Assembly: GCF_035594765.1 (NCBI RefSeq)
Contig: NW_026943819.1
Span: forward strand, 17,224,703 to 17,288,702
Direction of reading: 5' to 3'
DNA: 64,000 nucleotides
DNA from: Anolis carolinensis
Lineage: Eukaryota
In this document: one piece after another, positions 51,550 through 61,939 of the stretch
How the letters are laid out: each line of letters starts with the position of its first letter
Numbering within the stretch: the first letter of the stretch is position 1
Translations under genes and position numbers: made by a program
Notes under the pieces: generated by a model
Seen by the model: the letters and a program-made list of their open reading frames with translations, nothing else
Databases searched by the model: none
Told to the model about the DNA's origin: nothing

Positions 51550-53874
51550 TGTTTATATGTGGTGGCAGGTATCACAAAATGTAGCGCATGCAAGCCAAAA
51601 AGTTGGACAACCCCTAGTTTAGACACTGTTGATTGCAGATAGTGTGATTAATAGTGAAAGTAATGTTTCTAAATGTTTTAAAATGTTTTAAATTCTATTT
51701 TAATATGTTTATTTTAATTGTACATTGTTTTGAGGCATCTAGTAGTTGCCTATATGCAAAGCCACCTTGAGTCCCCTTCGGGGTTAAAAAGGCAGGGTTT
51801 AAATATAAAAATAAATAATACATACATAGCACAAATAGATTATCAGTGTTTACTACATTGTATTCATGTTCAATGACGAGCTGCTTTGAGGTTCAAATTG
51901 GTGCAATAATATTTGCACAGGTGTAATTGCTTCCAGATTTGCAAAGAGTGCACCAAAGAGTGCAACTGTAGGCACTGGTATCATCAAGCATGTATGCATC
52001 ATGTTAATAGTTGACTGATTGTTTTCTTAAAATATTATTGTGAAGATGAAGTAGCGTAATTCCTACTACTCTACCCAGGAAAATAAACTCACAAAAAGAT
52101 TGAGTGAATTGGTGCTACCCCTTTAATAAAACAACATAGTCAGATGTGCCGTGGTGGAAAGTAGCTACATCTGTCGCCTTGAGACTTCGCCTTGAAGTAT
52201 TGAGAGGTGTCATCTGGGGCCATCTCAGCCGAGTCTCAAAACCGTAGGCACTCTGACAGAGAAACCTATTAGAAGGCACAACCATCATTAATATCCCAAT
52301 GACATTTTGGCAGATAGCATGGAGAAGGTGAATAAATCTTTCATAACAAGGGCTACTCTAGCAAAAACATCCAATGATATTACAATCCCTATGTGTTCAG
52401 CTGATACATTCCAAGACCTCCCTTGGGCACCTGATACTATGCTGAACCCTATTTTATACTATAGTTGGGCTGGATAAGGGACTTCTACTAGATATCCAAT
52501 AGCAGTTGAGAACAAGATAATAGAGCTTTTGTCCAAAGTTTAAAGACGTTCATAAGGCTAGTTTGGATAGCTTCTTTAAAATTCAAACTAAAGTGCAGAG
52601 TAGATTCACCACTCCTGTTGTGACTGCGCCTTCGGGGACTATGGATGATGGTGGTGGAATTAGAAGAGGAAGGAAAAACCCTCGCGAGGAGGGCTCATTG
52701 GAGGAGTTGCGCAGGAAACGGATTAGAGAGCTCAATGGGGAATCTTCTGAGGAAGTTTCAGATGGGGAGTTTGGGGAAGAAATGGATGCTGGTGAACAGG
52801 TGGTGGCTGAGGAAGTGGGCACTGAATGGGCACAGCCACCGGAGATGTCTGGGGAATTGGGGCCTATGGATACTACTGAACCTGGGGTATCTTCAGGAGC
52901 AGATCCCACTTGGGCTGCTTGGAGAAGGGAGGATGGTTCTTTAAGTGTGCATGGGGTTGAGTGTGGGCAGGATGATTGGAACTCCGACGAGCAATTAGGC
53001 ACGCCTGATCCACGAGCTCTAGCTGTGTGGAGTTCTGATTCTGAGTAAGATCTGGGACACCTGTTGTTTGGGTGTGAGTGTTTGGACACCCAAGAGGAAG
53101 GGGAATAAATTGGGAATGTTTGGTCACTTCACTTTGCGTGTGGCAAGGTGTTGCTGAAGCGCCATTGGGATTTCTGTTCGTTCAAGAAGACTGGACTGGG
53201 ACTTTGCTTCTGATCTGCTGTTACCATCGTTGCCTTGGCTCTTTGTGCCATTTTGTGGACCTGGTTTTGATGACTGCACCCTTTTGGACCCTGGACTGTA
53301 ACTCGACCTTGCTTCTGCCTTCGCCCTTTGATGGATGACTACTCCGGTTGGCTTGCTAAAACATACTTTTGATATATATTTTTGTTTGAACTGCTTTTTA
53401 AACACTGATAGTTAAGTGTTTAAAGCTATCTTCTGTGTTTATGTTTACTTTTTGGCCTATCTCCTGAATAAACTCTGTTTTGTTTGTTAATTGGCATCTG
53501 ACTCTTGACAACTCCACTGACATTAAACTGTTTCCTTCAGGTAGAACAATATTAGTATTTCAGACTGAATAATCCAGTTGCATGAACTAGTAGACTGGAT
53601 CGGAGAAAGTGAACACACAATTATGGATCACTACCACATTTTCCCAAGATCTGTGGGACAATAGGAAGAGGGCTTGGAAATCTTAATACAGTAGAGGAGA
53701 AACAATATTAGCTTCATATTCATACCAATGCTCATTGGAAGCCATTGCAGAAACTCTGCTCATCACAGCAGAATGTAGCTATTACGTGATAACCAAGACC
53801 GAATGAAACTGATGAATCTGTGCATTCAGAAAGTGACTCGGTGCATCCGGTCCTCTGAAAATTATCCCCGTCTT
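51550..53874. repeat. Segmental duplication copy A (3' flank and last exon of gene 8)
   Basis: Colinear similarity to ~61940-64000 (e.g. 52073-52615 vs ~63112-63693; 53511-53820 vs 63689-64000), interrupted by the LTR at 52616-53510. Confidence 0.85.
52616..53510 (+). mobile_element. Solo LTR (Gypsy-like), 895 bp
   Basis: TG...CA, TSD ACTCC (52611-52615, 53511-53515); empty site present in the paralog at 63689-63693. Confidence 0.9.
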
Positions 53875-56800
53875 CTGTAGTGTGATGACTCATGGGCCAT
53901 GTAGTCCTGTTCCTAGCGCTGTTGTGACAGATGAAGAGGAAAACTTAGGTTTCCCACCGTTTCAGCCAGAATTGGAGCTTTCACAGCCAGAGATGGAGCC
54001 CCTGCACCTGCAGGAGATTTGCCTCCCAGAAGTTTCCCAAACAAGCCCTGAGCCGAAATCTCCCCCTTTTTCTCGCCGTGATTATTGTCAACAACAAAGG
54101 GGAGCTCAACAGGCTAATCGCAGAAGCCTGAGAATCGCGGCCAAACAAATGGTTGATTAAACCTGCTTCCCATGGGAATCTTTAGGGAGTCATGCATCTG
54201 GACTCAGAGAATGGCTTTCGGTTCTGGTTCCCCAGAGAATTGTTCTCTGGCGGGAAAACGAGACCCTACTTAGGTGTTTTGCCCTCGTAGGAATCTTGCG
54301 GAGTCAATTCGTCAACTACGGGAGTAGGTTGTGTGTGGACTACGCTCCCGTTTCCAGCCTTGCTTTGCTTCCCAGGACCTTGTTTTGCTTCACGGACCCA
54401 GCCTTGCCTTCCGGACCTCGCCACGAATTTATCACGGATCCTGTTTTTGCTCCTTGTTCTTTGTTGCCTTGAATTAAGCCTTGTATCCAAGAATCAAGTT
54501 ATTTCCTTGCCTTGCCTAAGTTTCATGGACTAAAGGACCTTGTCATCTCCCCTCACTTTGCTTGGCAAAGTGAGTGTTTCGGTTACTGGATTACAACTTT
54601 GGACCTTAATATTTCATATTGGACATTGTTTCCCTGGACTAATTTTGACCTTTCCTGAAAGGTCTACTTCTGAACTATTTCCTACACTTGCTTTTATTAA
54701 CTTTATATATTTCCTCAATAAAGATATTAGATAGATTCTGGCCTCTGTGTATGGTTATTGGTGCTCTGCAGCCTGGGTCGTGACATGTAGAAAAGGAGGA
54801 AAAGAAACATGTTAGTATAGCTGCATCTCTTATTAATGTCTGCCCTGAAATCCCATTTTACACCCATACTTTGAAAACAGGGTCCTTCCCTATTTTCATG
54901 AACTCAGTGTTCACAAATCATTTAGAGCAATGGTAGAAGTTAAAACAAAATTTGGCAAGGATGGGCAATAATCCAGAATTCTGGATCAATCTAATATGTC
55001 TTGGGTTGAAATGGTAACTACCATGAATTTAATACTCAGGACATACAATGAAGATCATGAAAAGGCATTAGTACTACATAACTTCAGAATATTAATAACA
55101 TGGCACAACTATACAGACAATAAGACATGTTAATAATGTCATAGAATCATAGTGTTGGGAGAGACCACATGGGCCATCTAGTCCAACTCCCTACCATGCA
55201 GGAAAAGCACAATCAAAGTACCCCTGAGAGATGGCCATCCGCCCTCTATTTAAAAAGCCTCCAAGCATGGAGGTTCCACCACACTCTGAGGCAGAGAGTT
55301 TCATTGCTGAACAGCTCTTACTGTCAGGAAGTTCTTCTTAATGTTCAGGTGGAATCTCCTTTCCTGTAATTTGAACCCATTGCTCCGAATCTTAGTCATA
55401 AAAACTTTAAATATGATCAGTACTGGGCCCAGAACCAAATCCTGTAGCACTCTACTGGTCGCTTTTTCCAGGATGAAGAGGGACCACTGGTGAGCACCTT
55501 TTGGGTTTGGTCACATTACATATCCACCTGATAGTAGCATTGGCTATCCTATATTTGACAAATTCATTTGCAAGAAGGTCATGGGGAACCTTGTCAAAGG
55601 CCTTGCTGAAATCAAGATATTCTACATTCACAGCATTGCCTGCATCTACCAAGCTTGTAACTCTATCGAAAAAAGATATTAGTCCGGCATGACTTGTTCT
55701 TGAGAAATCCATGTTGACTTTTAGTAACTGTTTTGTCATGCTAAGAGTTAATATGTAACTGCACCATCAAGTCCCCAAAGTCACTTGGAATTTAACATAC
55801 TTGGGTTAATAGTCACAGACAGGCATTTTTGTCCTGGTGCAGCTATACAAGCTGACTTTTCTGTCAGACACTTAGCTGTGACGGGATCAAATCTTTTGCA
55901 GACCAAGCAGCGAAGCTGACTCGGAGCTGGAAAGGGAAAGAGCATAATGCAGAAAGTATTAGATTTAAAACCAAATATGATCTGGCATTTCCACTTTTTT
56001 TAATCAGAGGTTCTCTGTCTTTGAAATTTTCACATGGATATGACATATTACCTTTAGTATCAGAAAAAGCACAGCTCTCTCTGAGTGCCGTCTAGACATT
56101 TATATGAATCTGTTAACAACAATATGTACTGTTTATAGTAGACTCTGCAGAAAATGCTTCAGCTGTACTCCATAAAAAAGGAAAATGAGCCTGTTTTGCA
56201 AGTCTTGCAAATGCTGATTTTTTTTATCAGTAAATGTTTTATTTGTTATCTATTTTATATATTTTGTATCTAAGGCATCAGACTTTAGAAACCACTTTTC
56301 CTGGGGTTGTTTGCACTCAACACCCTTTCACTGAAGCTGAGTGAAGGCACCTTTTTAAAACACTTATTTCAGAGCATGAAGCATGAAGGAGTATTAGCCA
56401 TTTTTAAAAAAAGATATAAATTACCTCCTTGGTTCTAAAGATTATGGAGGAAGAAAGGATTCTATGCCTTCCATCTCAGCTTCTCCCCCTTAATTACGTC
56501 ATCGTTTATTTACAAATAGGCAAAGGAGGAGTCTCATCATATGTTAAACTAGCTGTGCCCGGCCATGCGTTGCTGTGGCGAAGAATGGTGGTATGGGAAA
56601 TAAAGTATTGAGGAATTGGTGGTAGTTAAGGTCAAGGGTAAAGGTTTCCCCTGACGTTAAGTCCAGTCATGTCTGATTCTGGGGGTTGGTGCTCATCTCC
56701 ATTTCTAAGCCGAAGAGCCGGCGTTGTCTGTAGACTCTTCCAAGGTCATGTGGCATGACTGCATGGAGCGGCGTTACCTTCCCGCCGGAGCAGTACCTAT

Positions 56801-57460
56801 TGATGCACTCACATTTACATGTTTTTGAACTTCTGGGTTGGTAGAAGCTGGGGCTAACAGTGGGGGCTCTCTCCGCTCCCCCAATTCAAACCTGCGGCCT
56901 TTCGGTCCAGAAGTTCAGCAGCTCAGCGCTTTAACATGCTGCGCCATCAGGGGATATTATTTCCTAAAGGTTGTGAATATACAATATTTCTGATTGTTGT
57001 TTTTTTTGTCTGTTGGAGGCAAGTATGAATGCTGCAATTAGGAAAAATGATTAGGATGTAATGGCCTTGCAGCTTTAAAGCCTGGCAGTTTCTTCTGAGT
57101 GATTTTTTTGTTGGGAGGTGTTAGCTGGCCCTGATTCTTTCCTGTCTGGAATTCCCTTGTTTTCAGAGTGGTGTTGTTTGCGATATTTTATATGCTTCTA
57201 CTGTCTGTGGCCCTGAGAAAACAGAGGATTGGCCAGACTTTGATGATGGGAATACTTTGTTGGGAGGTGTTAGCTGGCCCTGATTGTTTTCTGTGTGGAA
57301 TTCCCCTATTTTCAGAGTGTTGTTCTTTATTTAGTGTTCTGATTTTAGAGATTGTATTGTTCTGTTTTATTATACCACATTAATTTTTATATATTCTGAT
57401 TTTAGTGTTTTTGAATACTTGGAGCCAGATTGTATTCATTTTCACGGTTGACCGCAACAC

Positions 57461-57506
<46 letters not shown>

Positions 57507-60292
57507 GTAATGATAGTAATAATAATGACTTTGGTAATACATAGTGCTTCACTGCCTTCTCAGCTTCCTTTCTGGAAGAATCCTTTCTTGGGAGGTGTTA
57601 GCTGGCCCTGATTGTTTCCTTTGTGGAATTTCCAATTTCCTTGCTTTATTTACTTTCTTTATTTCTTTATTTACTGTCCTGGTTTTAGAGATTATATTGT
57701 TCTGCATTATTCTATCCTAGAAATTATTTCATATCAAAGTAGAATCTCACTTATCCAACATTCGCTTATACAATGTTCTGGATTATCCAACGCAGTCTGC
57801 CTTTTCATAATCAATGTTTTTGTAGTCAGTGTTTTAAATTCATTGTGATATTTTACTGGTAAATTTGTAAATACAGTACAGTAAAGTCTTACTTATCCAA
57901 CATAAGTGGGCTGGCAAAATGTTGGATAAGCGAATATGTTGGATAATAAGGAGGCGTTAAGGAAAAGCCTATTAAATATCAAATTAGGTTATGATTTTAC
58001 AAATGAAACACCAAAACATCATGTTAGACAACAAATTTGGCAGAAAAAGTAGTTCAATACGCAGTAATGCTATGTATTAATTACTGTATTTATTAATTTA
58101 GCACCAAAATATCACGATATATTGAAAACATTGACTACAAAAATGCGTTGGATAATCCAGAACGTTGGATAAGCGAGTGTTGGATAAGTGAGACTCTACT
58201 GTAATTACTACATAGCATTACTGCGCGTGGAACTACCTTTTCTGTCAAATTTGTTGTATAATATGATGTTTTGGTGCTTAATTTGTATAATGATTACCTA
58301 ATTTGATGTTTAATCAGCTTTTCCTGAATCCCTTCTTATTATCCAATATATTTACTTATCCTGCTGGCCTGTTTATGTTGGATAAGTGAGAGTCTACTGT
58401 ATATTGATAATCTTAAATTATCTGCTTAGAACTGGATTATATGAGGCCTCTTCTTCACAGCTGTATAAAATGCACACTGAAGTGGATTATATGGCAGTGT
58501 GGAGTCAAGATAATCCAGTGCAAAGCAGATAATATAAGATTCTAAATGGGTTATATAGCTGTGTGGAAGGGCCTTGAGTCTACACTGCCATATAATCCAG
58601 TTAAAATCTGATAATCTGTGGAAGAGGCCTAAGTGAGGCCTAAATTTGCCTGTCCCCTAACTGAAACCTGGCTGTCCCTTGGTTGCTAGGCAACCATGTG
58701 GGCAGAGATTAGCCCTCTAAAGTGGCAGCAATTGGATAAAAACAATTATTGCTCTCCCTCTAATTAGGACTTTATTTTTCTTTTCTTTTTGTTGTATCAA
58801 CCCTGAGGCATGTGTGATGGGTTGTGTTGTCAAATTTCGAGGTTGGGGGGCCTGTAGTTTTGTTGCTTTGTCCGCTGCCCTGATGCCATCACTCTTTTAT
58901 ATATATAGATTGGGCATTTTAAACGTCTCTATGCGGAGAATTGAAAAATAAGTCACTTGCCAATAAATTCAGAAATTATGGGAAATGTCAGAGTAATTTG
59001 CAGCGCAGCAGTAATTGGATGGAATCAGTGGAACACAGAATGAAGAGACATCAGAGACGTTGGTAAAACTATATACAAAGTTTTACTGACTTCAGTAATA
59101 ATCAAGACAAACAGACTTGCAGACAATGGACACAGGACTTGACTTCTCAGCAGACAGCAGAACAGAACTGAACTGATGCAATCAGTAATGCACACACACT
59201 TGTGTCTGGACACTCCCCAGTTCCAGCCACACATCAAGGTCAACACAGCTTCTTAGTAATTAACTCTTTCCAGACTATAGTACACTCTGGATGATGCAAT
59301 CAGTATGCAAAGCAGGCAAGACACAAATTTCATTTAAACACTACCAATACACAAATCCCACATTAACAGGAAAATCCCAAACTTTAGAAAAGGCAAGATA
59401 CCTCTACCTCACATTTGAATCTTACGCCATGAGAAGGGCACCATCTGTGGCAGTTTCCTAAGTGTATGGAAACATGTACTCCATTGTGTGTGATAAAGTC
59501 ATAGGTTGCTCTTTTAAAGGCAAAACAGTAGCAGATGAGTTACTGTTTCTTCTTGCAAAAATACATTGGTATTTCAGACTAGAGGTTGATGATGATCATG
59601 AGGTTGATGATCATGAAAATGATGATAAATTACTCACCTACCTCCGTCACTATGGAAGAAAATGATGAAAAACACAACATTAGTTAAAAGTGCATATAAA
59701 AGCAATATATATTAAAATCCATCAATAAATATTTGACTACTTGAAACAAATGTAAAGAAAGTGGAATGATTTGATATTGACTTGTTATGGTCATTTCTAA
59801 ATGCATTAGTAACAAATCTCATTTCCATGCTTTTAACAAACTGAAGCTGCCAAATAGTGCAGTGATGCCTCAGTGTACTGCACAATCAAACTGCAAGAAC
59901 TGGGAGGCTAGATGTGAGAAAGTAAAAAAAATGGAATTTTACTAGATCCTGCAATACCATGTTTGGAATTTCCTTTGTCACTAGAAGGGACTTGGGGTCA
60001 TTTTGAGGAAAATCCTATTTAATATAAAATTTTGCCAGAATTTATTTTGACTCTTGGAGAGTTCCAGACAGCTGAATCAACCCTGGCAATCAATGGAGTG
60101 ACAGATGTCACAGCCAGTTCACCCTCACATCGTAGATTGCAGTTCAATTCCTATCCCCATACTATTGGAGTTCTTGAAAAGATTAACCTTTTCTCTCACA
60201 AACATTTCTCATCTCTTTCACCATATTTGCTAGGACTCACTGAGGACCATGCAGAGAAAAATGGAGATAGTGGAAGCCAGCATCTTATTCAT
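53732..60292 (-). CDS. Gene 8: Ly6/uPAR PATE-like protein, possibly disrupted; core exons 60292-60241, 55926-55801, 53874-53732; candidate micro-exons 59649-59638, 59457-59426, 56434-56425
   Basis: MNKMLASTISIFLCMVL-[MTEVGNCHRWCPSHGNQGA]-PSQLRCLVCKRFDPVTAKCLTEKSACIAAPGQKCLSVTINPKDGDNFQRTGCTESLSECTDSSVSFGLGYHVIATFCCDEQSFCNGFQ*. The ORF is intact but the last acceptor is split by a solo LTR. Confidence 0.8.
53881..54785 (+). mobile_element. Solo LTR (Gypsy-like), 905 bp, inside the gene 8 splice acceptor
   Basis: TG...CA, TSD TGTAG (53876-53880, 54786-54790), AATAAA near 54717. Confidence 0.9.
55137..55722 (-). mobile_element. CR1 fragments
   Basis: LISFFDRVTSLVDAGNAV..YLDFSKAFDKVPHD plus CR1 3' tail. 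Confidence 0.8.
56549..58909 (-). mobile_element. Composite Helitron (2.36 kb) carrying a Sauria SINE, nested MITEs and Harbinger-like pieces
   Basis: Same TC.../...CTAG termini as the short Helitrons; AT insertion site. Confidence 0.75.
58986..59368 (-). mobile_element. Solo LTR, same family as 28612-29006
   Basis: TG...CA, TSD GGAAA. Confidence 0.85.
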
Positions 60293-61154
60293 CTTTGGTT
60301 GATCCAGAAGAGAAACAAAGTCATGGAAGGATGTAAGTGGAGAGAGGAGATGGTGCAGTGAGCTCTGTTCCTCATCACTTTAAGGATTAAGTCAGAAGGA
60401 AATAGGAAGTCAGCCCCGAAGAACAGTGCATATCGATTCTTAGGTGACATTATCAACAAATAACAATCAAGAAATAGAGTGTCCTGTGACCATTTGGAAG
60501 ATTCAACTGAATGGTCAGCACAATGTGCTTTAATGAACAACACAGAGATTGGAATTATCTGAAGAAGGAAATGGGCAAATAACAAAAATGTAAGACTGAG
60601 ACCACTCATGGCATGGTTATCAGTTGTGACATGAAAGAAGGAAATCAATAATTGTGTATTTAATAGTTCAGAACAGGGTTTCTTCTTGCAATACAGTATA
60701 TGCAGAAGATATTTGGAACTAATTGTTCACAACAGGATTTCTTCTAACACTAGAGAATATGCAGCAGATATTTGGGACTAGGGATCTCATCACATGGAAG
60801 TTTTCCTCCATTTTCCCTCTGTGTTCGCACATTGGCAAAACCGAATTCAATGGAGGCCATGATGGGAGACCATGGGGAAAGACGGGTCTCCACTCTTCCT
60901 AATCTATTCACTGATTTCCTCTCACCTTTTTGATGAAGTCCCAAATCCAATGCTATGTTCACTGTGGAGAGGTGTGGGTTGGGGAGCGGCAACCACTGCT
61001 TTGGTGCAATTCTATAAATGTCTCCATCTGTGTTAGGAAATACCGCTCAGCCTCACGTCAATACAAGGCAAGAATCTGGAGCAGATTGTTAAGGGAGCAA
61101 TCTGTAATCAATTAGAATGCAATGCTGTGATACTTAAAGTCAATATGAATTTCT

Positions 61155-61937
61155 CAAAAACAATGCCAGACTAATCTTATCTCTTTTTTCGCTAGAGTTA
61201 AAAGATGGGTAGATGCAGGGAATGCTGTGGATGTGGTGTATCTGGATTTCAGTAAGGCCTTCAACAAGGTTCCCCATGATTTCCTGGTAAACAAATGAGT
61301 CAAATGTGGGCTAGGCAGAACCACAGTTCACTGGATCTGTAACTGGTTAAGCAAACACATCCATAGGATGCTCACCAATACTTCCACTTCATCCTGGAAA
61401 GAAGTGTCTAGTGGAGTGTCAAAGGGCCCGGTCCTGGTCCTGGTTCTATTCAACATCTTTATTAATGACAAAGATGAAGGGTTAGAAGGCACGATCATCA
61501 AGTTTGCAGACAACACCAAATTGGGAGGGATAGGGAATATTCCAGAAGACAGGAGCAGAATTCAAAACGATCCTAACAGGTTAGAGAGATGGGCCAAAAC
61601 TAACAAAATGAAGTTCAACAGGGACAACTGCAAAATACTCCACTTAGGCAGAACAAATGAAATGCAAAGATACAGAATGAGGGACGCCTGGCTCAACAGC
61701 TCTACGTGTGAAAAAGATCTTGGATTCCTCATGGGGAGGAAGGTGAACATGAGCCAACAATGTGATGTGTCAGCTGAAAAAACCAGTGAGATTTTGGCCT
61801 GCATAAACAGAAATATAGCATCAGAAGCTAGATAATCATTTGTCGGGGGTGCTTTAAATGAGATTTTCCTGCTTCTTGGCAGGCGGTTGGACTGGATAGC
61901 CTACGAGATAGCTCTTCCAACTCTTAGATTCTATGAT
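61155..61937 (+). mobile_element. Degenerate CR1 RT fragment with 3' tail
   Basis: SSWKEVSSGV..FADNTKLGG..MSQQCD; stops upstream; tail ttctatgat. Confidence 0.85.
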
Positions 61938-61939
61938 AA

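Noticed and set aside
56052-56144. Additional candidate micro-exons for gene 8 (15 nt at 56144-56130; 40 nt ending 56052)
   Set aside because: Weak donor (GTACAT) or weak acceptor, and not needed to keep the frame.
60926-61027. Exon-like AG...GTGAGA segment upstream of gene 8
   Set aside because: No family similarity; could be a UTR exon or chance.
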